A DNA stretch of 64,000 bases, counting the filler, from Sphacelaria rigidula (Eukaryota): assembly GCA_964200075.2 (NCBI GenBank). It is 5 parts of 5 records of this genome, joined end to end, with 100 filler letters (N's around TTAATTAATTAA, not from the genome) between each part and the next. Parts side by side here need not be neighbours in the genome. Positions count along the whole stretch, not along the records: positions 51,300 to 64,000 come from CAXNAA020003488.1; 4 more parts are not named here. One strand, 5' to 3'. How positions within the stretch are numbered: position 1 is the stretch's first letter; every line of letters begins with the position of its first letter. The translations under genes were made by a program, and so were the position numbers. This document shows positions 51,395 to 64,000 of the stretch, in pieces. Under the pieces are notes generated by a model. It saw nothing but the letters and a program-made list of their open reading frames with translations, searched no databases and had not been told where the DNA came from.

Positions 51395-53270
51395 GGCCGA
51401 ACTCCTGGCAGGTTGTCACTAACACGGCCATCATTCGAGCAAGGTCTTCTGAGGCCTTCGAGGCTATGCCGGCATCGTCCGCATAAAGCATTGCCCACAC
51501 CGCGCGTCGCACCTTTTGCGGGTTCACCATCGTCACCTTTCGGCGCATCATCTAGAAAGACCAAGTCTGACACGATGACTGGGTCCGCCGCAAACCGCTG
51601 AACGATCACGTCCGCCAAGCCTTTTCCGAAGAGGTTGAACAACAGCGGGGATGAAAACGCAACTATATCTGACTCCCTGGCACATGTGGAACCACGCTGA
51701 TAGTTCGCTACTATCTAGCTGTACCTGAGCTTGCATGCTGTCGTGAAACATACGGATGATCGTGATCATTCGCGACGGGACTCCAAACCGAGCAAGCACT
51801 TCCCACAGGAGCGTGCGGTCTACGGAGCCGTATGCTTTCTGCAGATCGATAAAGCACATGGTTAGTGGGACGTTGCTCGCCCGTCCCAACTCCTGAAGTC
51901 GGCGTACTACGAACATGATGTCTATGGTCGAGTTTTGGCGCCTAAGTCCACACTACTCTTCCGGGAAGACGTCTGTTTCCTCACCAAAAATACCGAGCCT
52001 ATTGGCTACGATTTCGGGGAGAACTCCAGCAGTATGTGCCACAAGTGGAATGCCCCTGTAGTCGTCGCACTCGGTCCTGTGTTTTTTTGTGCAGCACTTT
52101 GATAGTTATATCTTTACATTCTTGCGGTACCTCGCCAGATGTCCAAACCGCAGAGACGATGCTGTGGAAGTGGTACAGACTCTCCGACGCCTCCCCGTTC
52201 AGTCCAAGCTCCAGGATTTCAGCAGAAATACCGTCCGAACCGGTTGCTTTGCAGTTCGAAATAGCTCTCAGAGCCTCCTCGGTTTCACTCGGGCTTGGCG
52301 TGTCTCGTAGTGACAACGCTACTGGTCGTTGGGCGATCTTCTCGATGAAGGCTCGGTCGATGGTTGCCGATATAGCGTTCAGAAATGTAGACAAGTACTG
52401 TTCCCATCTTCCACCGATCAAACGTTTGTCCCGCCGTATATTCGCGTCCTCATCTCGAATGTACTGCTCACTCTCGATTGGTCGTTCAGGCAATCCCCAC
52501 CCTCCGTTGAGATGTCTGCACCACCCTCTGAAGTCCCCCGCTCGAGTATACTCTTCTTGTTCTCTAGCATACACATCCATATATTTGTCCACCCCAATTT
52601 CGATGACCTCTTTGACCTTTTTGCATGCTGCTCGCAATGTGCGCCGTGCGGGTTTATCTCAAGATGATCCCAGTCCCACCGCTGATCTCGACCTTTCTCT
52701 CTCCATCCAGGCATGTTTGAATTCCGTTCGGATTTCAGCATCCTCGAACCACCCCGGTATGCGTGGCTTTCGTGTCAGATGGGGTACCACCTTTTCAGTG
52801 GCACTCAAGAGACGTCGGCAAAGTTCGGAGCCAGTGAACTAACTGTATCGCCCGTTATACTCTGTCTGAGCTCGCTGACGACGAGCTGCGTGAGCTGCTC
52901 CCGTCTGTCGGGGTCAGATACTAATGCCCATCTGTCGATCAGTGTACGACCCACTGGGATTCGTCAAGGTCTGTTGTGTGCGAAGTGACCAAGGAGCCGC
53001 ACTGAGGCGCACACGATGTTGTGGTCAGAGTTCGGCGAGTTGGGGGGTTGAAGGTGGACGGTGATATTGCGAACACGCCTGAGGTGATCTTACCGTGTGA
53101 GGATGTAGTGAATGCGTTTCTTGTCCGCGGGGCGATTCGCAACACCGTTGAACGTACGCGACGTGTTTCCTTTGGCGGTGGAAAAGAACGTGTTGACCAG
53201 GGAAAACCTGTTGTCGCCTGCAAATGGCATTGGAGATGTGCCGTTACTGTCGTTGGATCGTTTTCACCTT
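51395..53270 (-). mobile_element. Degenerate RTE-clade LINE (second subfamily), late APE to RT region
   Basis: AMLYADDAGI, CFIDLQKAYGSVDRTLLW, KATGSDGISAEIL and GEVPQECKDITIKVLHKK. The 5' part may extend to about 55295. Confidence 0.9.
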
Positions 53271-55296
53271 TATCGCAAACGACCGTTTTTTTTTTCATCC
53301 TTCATCATATTCGGCCAGAATAGCCGGTGTTACGCACCACACGCTCGTGAGACGCAACTGACCGCTAGACCGCTCACTCAGCGCTGAGTGAATAGTATTT
53401 TTGACGGTCCCTTCTATCGAAGAAATAACATTCTTTTGAGCTCGAAAACTCTCCGGTCGCAACTCCGAGACTCGTCATCCCTCACAAGGGCTGTTGTCGT
53501 AGTAATGCTAGGCGTGAGGCTCCGAAGGTCTTTCAACTTTTCGGAGAATCGACCTTGGCACTTCTTTGGCTCGCCAAACGGAACTGCCCACTGAACCTCT
53601 CACACTGACTGAGTGATGTAGTGGGTTATTCCTTCTAACGATCACTGAAGGCGGAGGGCGCGTAGTGCTATGCAAGGACACCGAGAAGGACGCGAACGGC
53701 GCACTTATCAATCGTCATATGTTCCGACTGGTACATTTTCGAGTGCTAAAAAACAAATCCACGGCCGGGGAGGAAGCGGGGGGGGGGGGGGGGGGGGGGG
53801 GGGTTCTCATGTGTGGGGGGGGGGGGGGGGGGGGGGGGATATATACATTCAAAGTCTTCAGGACCACCCAGGAGTTCTATACAACACATATTCTCCAAGT
53901 TTGTGTACGTATAGCCGTAATATAAACAGAACAATCGACGCGGTGGTCAAATTGTGGTCGGGGACCTCCGTTAGATTGCGGTATCGAGGGTGTCGGCTGA
54001 CCAAGCCCGGAGGGTCTGCTGGAGTGGTTTGACGCTAGGGGTACACACCGTTTTCTAAGACTCTCCGATTTAGGAGCCTCACGATGACAAACATCGGGGC
54101 CATATTTTGCAGCCCCAGAAAATGTTTGGACGAAAGAGTGCACCCCATACCGTACAATCACTCGGTGGTGGAAGTGATAGTAGTGGTAAAAGTGATAGCG
54201 GTAGTGGAAGTAATAGTGGTGGTGGCGGTGGCCGCGGCGCCGAAACAGGTGTCGTCGGGCGTGGTTGGATAAATGCAGACAACGCACTCCCCTGTGGTGT
54301 AGACGGGGAGTCGGAAGCGATGGGAGAGGATCGGGGGTCGAGCAACTGGTCGCTTGAGGCCTGAGGAGTTTCGCCAGGCATGGAAGCCCTGGCGGCGACT
54401 GGGGGCACAAAGGCGGCGAAGGCAGACTTTGAGGTGATCACGACAGCATATGACATCGCTAGACGATAAAAGGGGAGTCAAAATCACATAAGTTTTTCAA
54501 GGTAGTAAATAAGGCGTTTCCTCTTAAACTAGCTTGTCCTATAGAACAACCGCAGACTTGAACGTGGGCAACACACGAAATAGACTAGGCGGCGGGACAC
54601 GATGCTGTAACCCCCCTCCGCCCCCGTCCTCCTCCCCTATCGTTGAACGACAAGGTTGTGAGAGTGGGGCAAGGTGGAGCTAGTGGGGTCAGCGGCGGTA
54701 GCTCCCGCGAAGGGGGGTAAGAAATAGTGGTGAGACAACGGTTTACTGTGTGGCTGTCGAGATAAGACTGGGGCGTCTGTGATCGGGCGCACGTCTCTCT
54801 GTAGTCTCCAGTTTCCCCACAAAGCTCACCCGTATCTAGTGTCTAGCGACGCCGAATGTCCTACTCAATTACGCAGAACCCCTTGGACAGACGCACTTCA
54901 CCCGCCTTCTGCTCATGGGCCTCCAACCACACTGGGTAACACCACAGTATGCTGAACCAACCTTTCCCCGCATTCACCGGCGCGCCCTAACTTTTCCATT
55001 GCGAAGGTGGCGAGTTTTGGTTGGCATGTCAGTCAAAGGAAAGCGCCCTCGTCGAGCGTAGCGCCCGCGGTTGCGCGCCTCTCAGAGCTGGTCGCGGCCG
55101 GGCCGTTGGGGGTGACACTCTTTCGCCACAGATGACCTGCGTGGCGACGATCGCAAGTTACTTACTTTTGCGACACATAAGGTTGGTCCTGTCCCCTGCC
55201 GAGACGGCGATATCTATCTGGTAGTCGCGGTCGACCGTGCATGGATCTAGTCCGGGTCCTGTTCTGTGCACCCGGTATCTAGCTGTCGACAAGTAG

Positions 55297-55672
55297 CCGG
55301 TCGCCCTGGTGGCTCGGTTGGTAACATCAAAACCTTCTGACGGTTGGGCCGTGGGTTCGAATCTTGGTGCATTCACACGATCTGGGATTTTTTCTCACAC
55401 AAGGCCCAACAGTGGGGAGCGACTATGTCGTGAGTACACAAAATTCGACGTCAAGGTCGACGAGGTGAAGGGAATATTGCTGACCCCCTCTCGCGATAAA
55501 TATAAGAAAGCAAGCACCGCCGACGGAAGGTGGAGTACTAAAACGAAATGAAAAAAACAAACACGGTGTTGGCCTTCCTCCTGTGTGACCCCCGCCGACC
55601 CGCCCATACATACCGAAAGGTGTAGACTGGCGCCCAGAATTGATGAGATGACAGCACGCAACACAAAACGCA
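55297..55672 (+). mobile_element. tRNA-derived SINE (family A)
   Basis: ccggtcgccctggtggctcggttggt...gggttcgaatctt head, shared body and CA-rich tail. Confidence 0.92.
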
Positions 55673-57335
55673 CGAGTGCTGCCAACGCGTGCATTGTAGG
55701 CACGGGATGACATATATTCGGAGGGTGTGTGGTGACGTTCACCGCTCCGCACCAGGGGCATTTCATCACAAGATATGATGTGATGAAAGGGTCTGCTGGG
55801 GGAACATTTTCGGACACGGAGCACTCCCCCCCCACCCCCGCCCCCTCCTGGAGGGTAATTACAAAAAAAATGTCATAATTGTTTTCGTCATTTTTTTTGG
55901 TAATATCGCTGAAGAAATTATAAAGAAACACTGACAAAAACCGAAAAAGTGTGGTGGGCTTTGCGAGGTTCGTGCATTTGCTTCTGCTTGTTGCCCGCTC
56001 AGTCCTGATGACCTGGGATGCCGGCCACGCTCACACATACGCAAGCACACGAGCGCACGGTAGCGACAGCCTGCAGCCAAAGTATCTAGTCCTATTAAGT
56101 ATATGCCACCGTAATGTAACAGCAACTTTATCTCACGGCTCGCCAAACTTGCTGGGGCTACATGTAGGGTCTCGAGGCACACGACACGGAACAATCCCTT
56201 GAACGTTATCATGGCAAGTGATGAGCTTGGGGGAGCGTCGTGTCCGCCATCTCATCGATCTCCATACCAAGGATCTCTGTACGGCAGATGACTGCACCCG
56301 CCAACGCCATGGCTATAAACTAGAGGACAGCAGGCTGGGCCCCCCCCCCCCCCCCAGCCCCCCGCTCAAAAACTCAATTTTTCGATCTTGGGGCCTACGT
56401 GTCCCGAAATCATTTTTTGACAGACCTTTGATCGATGCTACAAAAACCTGCGCCGAATGATGACATCCAACGGTAAAACGTTCCCGGCGAGGTCGAACAG
56501 TTGTGCTTCTGAACCGCTAAGGCCGCAGTCGTGCTCATCGGACGATATCCAGCCCTCGCCTCGTCGTCCATACATCGACCCGCCCCCCCCCAATCGATCG
56601 CCGTGCCGAAGCGGCGTACTGACCGGGAATAAGTACAGGCTGCGAGAGTGAGGCCATTGCGTTAGTTCTAACAATTGTGGACCGTTTGCCAGCTTCCCCT
56701 CAAAACTGCGGGATTTGCCGTGTGGTAACGCGTTGCCTCCGCCGGAGATACATGTTTGGTGCTGACAGTGAGCCGCCCACGTAGCCTCCGGGAACCCATG
56801 AGCACGCTCGGCTGCGATCGCTCGTGGTAGAGGAGCTCCGATCCGACGTCGAGACTCAAACCAGTGTGTGTTCAGCCTGGTGCTGCTTCCGACCTCGAGC
56901 AGGCATGCGTCGCCCCGCAGGGCTAGCCCCGGTAATTGCATGGCATGTGGGCCCTGGGACACAGTACTGTCAAGGACTAGTGGTTGTGTTGTTTCTTGCC
57001 TTAATGTGTGTACTGACAGCCACGGCCTGCTTCCTACCGAGGTGTGAAACATAGATAAACGCTCATATTGTCGGCGGTCTTTGAAAGGACACCGGCATGT
57101 TCCCATGACACTAATCTCGAGAGATACACACAGACCCTGTCGTGTGAGGGTCTTCTTTCCGTGTGTTGCCCTTCTCCACCTCGGAAGGAGTGGTGGCACA
57201 GGATTATCTCGTTTGTAGCACCATCCGCCATGGGCACGATGGTCACTGATGGTTATCACCAATATGGGCTCAAAGGGAAACACCTACCTTGATTTTTTGT
57301 TCAAACATATAATCGTTCTCCATTTGTCAGTAGTA

Positions 57336-57418
57336 GTGACCCCGGCTGATGCACCCACATACACCGAAAGGTGTAGACTGGTGCCCAGAATAAATGGGAC
57401 GACTACACATACACACAC
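57336..57418 (+). mobile_element. 3' fragment of SINE family A
   Basis: gtgaccccggctgatgcacccacatacaccgaaaggtgtagactggtgcccagaat followed by a CA tail. Confidence 0.85.
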
Positions 57419-58515
57419 AGTGGATCATTCATTGGTGTTCGGTTGCTTCCTGGCCAAGAAAGCAACAAAGCAAAACCACCGTCGGCGACCTGAACTTGAC
57501 CGCATGATAGAGAGTGTCTGTGTACCCGGGCTCATGCGGTACGATACTCAATGACACACAATAACATGCAACAACGGTTTTTCTGGCGTCGATGATGGCG
57601 TACGGGCTGAGGGCGTGACTGAAGTGTATAACCCTCTTCTCAAACTACAGTATTCGCCAACCACCGGCCGCTGCCCTGGTGGCACCCTCAACGAACGAAG
57701 AACTCCACTGTCGCTTTGGAGTAGGCCTCGCGCCATGGATTCCCGCCAAATGAATCCAAGTTGAATCAACCCCGACTGCAGGCCAGCACCTACCTGAACT
57801 GTGCTACTGTCCATGAGCGCAACAGACACATACCGATGCGTGACGCAGTGCTATGCAAGGATACCAAAAACGACACGGAATGTATGGATGCGGCTGCTGC
57901 AGGATCCGCCATTCGGTCAATTTCGACGACTCGATCATGAGAGGGCGTCAGGAAAGATACAATAATACAATCGTCGGGGAGTTGACGTTGTTGGATGATC
58001 CGACCAATCACAAGCCTGTCTATTATAGTGTTTTGACTGCAGTACAATAATATCACTGCATTTTAGAGATCGTCTCACCACTGCTTTAAAAATATTCCGC
58101 GAAAATTCCACTAGACCAAATGAAAATATCTCCCGACATCTTTCTTTGTCAGACCCGCCGTCATGTATTACAATTTACATCTGTGATGTTTTCTCCACAC
58201 CCAGAGAACTGAGATACAAGTCTAGTACAAGGAGGCGGCACCAGGTGCGCCGGTCGGTGTTGGCGTTTCACACGAAAAGATCCTGGCGGTGAACAAGTGT
58301 GAAGAGGGAGATCTAGGTGGGGCGGAGCAGCGCTGAAAGTATCAAAAAGTGAAGGGGAAAGGGAAAAAATCGGATCACATACTTTAACTGTACTTGTACG
58401 TGGGGAAAGTCATCCCGTTCGCGTGGAGAGGGCTGAAAAGAGTATCGAAGCGAAAGTTTGGAAGCCTGGGGGCGGGTAAGTAATATTAAATCAAGGACAC
58501 GGCTTGGGATTACAG

Positions 58516-58794
58516 CAGCAGCAGGCACTGGAGTTGGAGGAGCGCGAGAGGGGAGTAGGCCTTGGGTTTGCTGAGACGTACAGTGCGGTCGGTGTGTGGG
58601 AAGGCGTTGGAATATTCATGGCCGAGGACTCTAATACCCCATCAAAACATCACAAAAGGACCGGGAGTGGTACGCACCGTACCATGGTCGGACGATGTCA
58701 ACCTCTAGGTGGGGAGTCGATGAGATGGATCAAGGACACGGTGTCTGGCCTGCCGAATCCCCATGATGCTGCCGCGCGGAATAAAGTGGCCAAG
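58516..58794 (+). CDS. Ankyrin-repeat protein, exon leading into the first repeat
   Basis: Open frame ending LPNPHDAAARNKVAK|gtgggt, in phase with the next exon. The acceptor lies within a CAG run, so the start is ambiguous by 3-9 nt. Confidence 0.7.
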
Positions 58795-59330
58795 GTGGGT
58801 TGAGAGGTGGTTGTATGGGGTGGGACCGAAGGGGGGCAGCGATTTTCGGATGTTCAGCGCGTGAAGAGTTCACGGATATTTTTGTAGTAGAGACAAATGG
58901 TTCACTAATTTCACTACTGCTGTACACATTCCCCACTTACTTGACATCATGTTTTTCGCTTTTTGTCGGCAAATATCTATGTCCTCCATTAGGAGACAGG
59001 AGGGTAACAATGTTGTTTGTTTCCGAATCGCTTCTACTGTACCAATGACGGAGGGCTGAGTCCCGAAGTCGTTACCGATATTGTTATTGTAGAGGAGACT
59101 ATACTATCCCGCGTAAGGCGATGGGGAGGGTGGACGAGGGAGCGGAGCGTGGGGAGGGAAATGTCGAGCTCCGGAGTACAGCGAAGTCTGTTCCTGTTTT
59201 TATGGGCTCCCTCTTTTCGGGCCCGTTCCATGAAGCCCGCAGCAAGACGCCCACATTTTCTGCATCTTTGAATCGAAGAATCGTAACTGGTCAATCTTCG
59301 CCCCTTTTCACGTGTCTTCCAATCGACTAG

Positions 59331-59402
59331 ATGCGGAAATACACAATGCAGGGAGGCGACGTCAACAAGCGGAACAATCTGGGGGACACGCCGCTGCATG
59401 AG
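59331..59402 (+). CDS. Ankyrin-repeat protein exon
   Basis: tag|MRKYTMQGGDVNKRNNLGDTPLHE|gtaact, containing the canonical GxTPLH motif. Confidence 0.9.
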
Positions 59403-60189
59403 GTAACTGAGGCTGTGTCGCAAATGTTTTGTCGTATCTCTTCTCTGCGGAGCCTTTTCTCTTGTTCTTGTGAGTTCCCTGCTGTCTGGTGTGTACATCC
59501 TCCCCCACCTTGGCATCGAACAGTGGTATCGCAACCATCTACGGTGGCATGAGCAGTTGATGTTATGACGTATACTTGAGAGTGTTCGGTACGGTGGTGG
59601 GGGTATGCCGACAGTGAAACTCAAAATTAGAGCGTGTGACGCCACTCCTTGGACTTCAATAGCTGTTCGTGTGAACGAAAGCGCGGCAAGTATCGTGGGA
59701 TGTACTGTTTGTACTGTAATATCCCAATGTGCTGTGCTGTCTTTGTGTTAGGTGTTGGAGAAAGCTGTATTTTACACTGTACAAGCGAGAGGCATCGGTC
59801 AATCATAGAACGTGACGTACTGGCTGTCTTACATGTAAACGACTTCAGTGCAGTACTACTTGAGTACAGACAGGGTCTCGTTTGTACTGGATTGTTTCCC
59901 GAATAGTGAGTACATCATGCGTTACGTACTATTGTTGTATTGTCTTCACTCGGGGTGCTGAAAAAAATAGCTTTTGTTTTACAGGTAGATTGGCATCGGT
60001 CAAATTTCAGGACGTGCTTTCTTTCGGGCGTTGTGGTGTTGTCTTAGATTCATATGTTTTTCGTTCACAATTTTGTTCTCAAATTCAAATGTTGAGGATC
60101 TGATGCAGTACGTCCGTCGTACTTCGCTGTATATCTGACCGTACTGTACTTTACGCTATCGTCTGTTGTACGTCATCTTTCGCGTCCAG

Positions 60190-60246
60190 GCTTGCGCCTA
60201 TGTTCGGGATCAGGGAGACAGTGCTAAGGGCAAGAAGCGAAAGATG
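60190..60246 (+). CDS. Ankyrin-repeat protein short exon
   Basis: ccag|ACAYVRDQGDSAKGKKRKM|gttgga. Continues TPLHE-AC and is phase 0 at both ends. Confidence 0.7.
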
Positions 60247-61602
60247 GTTGGAAAGGACAGGCGTAAAATCGGAAAGAGGCTACCCAGTCAAACAACAGAG
60301 ATCCCTCGGGAGGGCGGGCCTCGTGACGTGAGATTTCACCCCTAAACTTGTTGAATTTTCGATATATATTTCCGAAGAATTTACAGCACTCTTTTCAAAT
60401 TCGCTTCCTCAAGGAAACCTCCAAAACTTTAAACTTCGCCGTAAAACGCAAGTCGATGACGACACAAGTGCGTGTTTTGGTCTCCACCTATACGTGTACC
60501 CTGTCCGATCTGGCAAAACCGTACAGCGTACGATAGGAAACACAAACACATGGCAGAGCGCGTGACAGTTCTGTGTGTTTGACGCGCTCGCCACGGTAGG
60601 TAGCAGCAGGCAGCAACGTTCTTATTTCTGTCTACAAAAGTCGTTTTTTTTCGCCTCGAGCCTCGAGCCTGGTGTCTGGTGTTAACTGCTGCTGGCATTT
60701 TCCTGACGAGAAGAAAAAGAGGGCCTGGGTGTGTGCTGGGTAGCTGGGCTATTTCTGTTGCTCGACACTGCACACGAATGTCAACAGGCCTGCAGGCATG
60801 AGTAAGCTTTGTATTTTGAATGTGCGTGCTCCGTTCAGTCTTGGCACTTGATCGCTGAACTGCGTTACTAGCTCACTGACTGAAGTGTGACCCACTGTAC
60901 CCACAGCGTCCGTAGATGGCGCTCGTGAACTCAGCACATGCTGGGTGTTTGGTTCCGAGTTTTCGCCACGTGCTATGAGCCACTGCACAATACTGCCTGT
61001 CGCACTGTACTGTGGTTGCACCACTGTACCCATCGTACCGCACTACAGTCGCGTCGTGCAGTGTGCACGGAAGTGCCAATCATACCCCCCGCTGTTGCAA
61101 AATGAAACATCAGTGAATAAGATTACGCACTTGAAAAGCCACCAAAGTCGCACCTTAGGCACCCTCCACCGCTTGGCACACCAGAGAATACAACTCTGAT
61201 CGGTGGGGGCGTCAATTTCGTAATCTTGCACCCCATCTAATCTCATGGGAGTGACCCTGGGGTTGGGTGAAAGGCTCAACAACTGCATGTAGATGTACAC
61301 GTAGATAGCACGCTCGCATAGAAGGAAATTCTGCGAACATGACCACGTCGACGCTTGAATACATGCATGTAGCTGATGATGGTTCCTGTCGTGTCACTTG
61401 TTCTGTCCTCCACCCTGCAAAAATATCAACTACGTGCACCCGAACCAGCTTTAACATGCAATGCGTCTTGAGACAGACAACACTTGACAGGCACACAAGA
61501 CCCAAAGATAGTCCATACCCATGAAATCATATCCATATCTGCGGACCCCACATTTGAGATCTGGAAAACGACCATCTTCGGAATCTTTCTTATTTTGAAC
61601 AG

Positions 61603-61745
61603 ATGCTGGAGCTGCTGATCAACGCCGGAGCCCAAATAGACGCTCGGAACATTGTGGGAGACGCACCTCTACACAAGGCAGCACTCAACGGTCGATCGGT
61701 GGCGACGGATTTCCTAGTTGGCGCAGGAGCAGACGTAAACATTAG
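61603..61745 (+). CDS. Ankyrin-repeat protein exon
   Basis: acag|MLELLINAGAQIDARNIVGDAPLHKAALNGRSVATDFLVGAGADVNI|gtatgt. Confidence 0.93.
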
Positions 61746-64000
61746 GTATGTCGATGCTTGCCCGTGGACGGTGTGGGGATAAGGGGAAGGCTGGGCAGGA
61801 ATTCGTCGGGTACGATCCCGGTATGCTGATGACACGCGGGACTGTAGTACTCTGTACCCTGTACTGTACCGTACGGTACTACGACCAGCACTCTCATCTT
61901 TTTGTCCCTGGATGTCCGGCATCCATTTCCATCATTACGCCGTTGCTTTTCTTGCTTAGAATACCACGGCCTTTCGCCCTTCGGGGTAGACTTTGACTCC
62001 GTTCATCATATTCGATGTCCATCCGATTCTAGGCCGGTGTTCAAGTGAGAATGTCCTCGAGAAGACCGCGGTGAGGCTCCCGCTACATGACAAATCGAGA
62101 TGAAAAAACAGTTCTGACTTTTGTATTACCCCAACGCTGACTTTGTTACTTGTATTGCACGGGATGGACGGCACAACTCCTCCTTGATAGTAACTTCGCG
62201 ATGATGTCTAAGCTGCACCAGCTCTAGATCTATTCCACGATCATGCGGACTGCCGTTTGAAAATCATGGCAGATATCTCTTCTCAACTTGCCATGCCCGT
62301 GGCGCGCTATGCATCCGCGCGATTAGTCCTCCGTGGTCTAGCAAAGTGCGTGGGACTTCATGATGTGCACCACGAAAAGAGCCTGTAAGGAAAAGAAATA
62401 ACTCTTTCAGCACACCTCGGGCCCCAACAGACGAGCCCCCCCCTCCCTCCCCCCCCCGGCTTGGAACTTCACCCATGCAAACACGAGGGACTTAAGATGA
62501 TGCGCATCTTGCTCGCGCCGTGTGAACATGAATATGCCCTCGAACGCTTTCACTACTTACGGTCGTACGATGTAGTGCGCAGTATATCCGGAGATGCAGC
62601 TTCGTTGCTCGTGCTGTGCATGGTACGCATGCTATATACTCCACTCTCATTATCCTTCTCTGCGCTGTATAGCGCGAAGAATGCTAGTTGCACCGCGCTA
62701 ATGCACACTTATACTGTACGCAACTTGGCGACTTGGGTGTTTCGTGTGTACTGTAGGGGTATCCAGACTCATCACGATTGAATAAATTCTTGCGCAATAA
62801 TTGATCGACGTCACGCTGGATGGTGTCGCGAGTGCAACGAACTGCTGAACAGTATATGTAGGTGCAGACAGGACAGGGTCGTTGGGAGGTGTGCGACGTG
62901 TTGAGTGTCGGAAATCATTCAAAGCGATCATATCATATCATGCCTTCGTTTCTTCTCTTGGAAGTATCCCCTCTCCGTTCGCTCATTTTTTGTGGTTGAC
63001 CGATGAGAGCCAGCTTTGAACAATGACAGATAATGCGTCCTCTGACTATGTCATGTACGGGCGTTTACTCCCCCTTTTTGTCACCGTGGTTTGGTATGCC
63101 GCAACACGACCCCTGTTCGAAAGCGATGGCATCGGCATTACTATACTACGGTATTACTGTATGCCCCATGTATGGTACCTTGCGTTATGGCCGTAGCACA
63201 GACCGTAGCACCTGCTTCGTACGCCCTGCGAATAATAGCACGATCGAAAATCATGGACGGCGTCTTCATGTCGGAATCAAAGCTGCACGGTAGTTTCCCC
63301 CAAGATATTTTCATCAGCACGCCAACAGAGTTTAAACTCAAAACTTATAGGTATCGGTCGGACAGCTCTGCGGCCTGTGCAAGGTCTGATCGAAACATCA
63401 CCCTGCACGTCTTAGGCGTGGCATGTCGAAGTTCTGTATTTCCTGTAGGATCTTATCGCGAGTTCCAACCCGCAGTCAGTCGAAACGCTTTCTTCTCTCG
63501 TTCAATTCTAATGAATTTATGGGTGAACCACAAGTGGGTCGACCGTTTTCTGGGGGTACGAAAGAAAACTTCTCCAATGAAAAGAACCTGTTTAGGCGAT
63601 TATTCGGTGACCAATTCTGCCCGAGTACAGTGCGTGATGGATTGTGGCACGTCAGAAAGACACGCTGTACCCTCCGAGACGATTCCAGCGTTATTTCCCT
63701 ACCTGTCGCGTGTCCAGTTCCACGTTCTGCCCGGCTGCCAATTTTTCACGTTATCGTCAAAGCTGTCGTTTCCTGTGAGTCTGTCGTGGTTTTTACAGAT
63801 TTTGAATTATTTCTGTAGCTCTCTTAACCTTCTTAGGCCGCTTCTTATAGACTTGAAAAAGTCTCTGAGAAAAGTCCTTTTGGACGACTTTTCTCGGACA
63901 CTTTCTCTAGATAAATTAGTTTTCAGAACCCCACCTTGTAGTCTACGAAAAAATGCTGGGGATTTGTACACCCGAGGCCATCATCTAGCCTGCGTGCCAC

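Noticed and set aside
52036-52842. Long ORFs such as 52036-52842(+), 3916-4707(-) and 22601-23314(-)
   Set aside because: They are antisense shadows of LINE ORF2 remnants.
56438-57283. 281-aa minus-strand ORF
   Set aside because: No recognisable motif or convincing splice structure, so it cannot be supported as a gene from sequence alone.

Overview
Eukaryotic, intron-rich and repeat-dense DNA, probably a stramenopile such as a brown alga (inference from exon/intron style and repeat content; not verifiable here). The window is not one locus. It is five unrelated scaffolds of about 12.7 kb, sorted by length and joined by identical artificial 100-nt spacers (44N-TTAATTAATTAA-44N). Most of the sequence is decayed mobile DNA: an APE-RT LINE family whose copies end in poly(C) a few bases after the ORF2 stop codon, two RTE-type LINEs, tRNA-derived SINEs with simple-repeat tails, several MITEs/TIR elements (two carry internal arrays of about 41 bp), and a possible hAT remnant. 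Host-gene fragments are two RRP5-like HAT-repeat exons, a four-exon ankyrin-repeat segment and exons of two unidentified genes. The most notable observations are the poly(C)-tailed, possibly poly(C)-targeting LINE and a tandem pair of diverged, intron-containing, degenerate genes resembling CxC-KDZ (Kyakuja-Dileera-Zisupton) transposases at 44.5-50.6 kb. No CRISPR array, rRNA or intact tRNA gene is supported.
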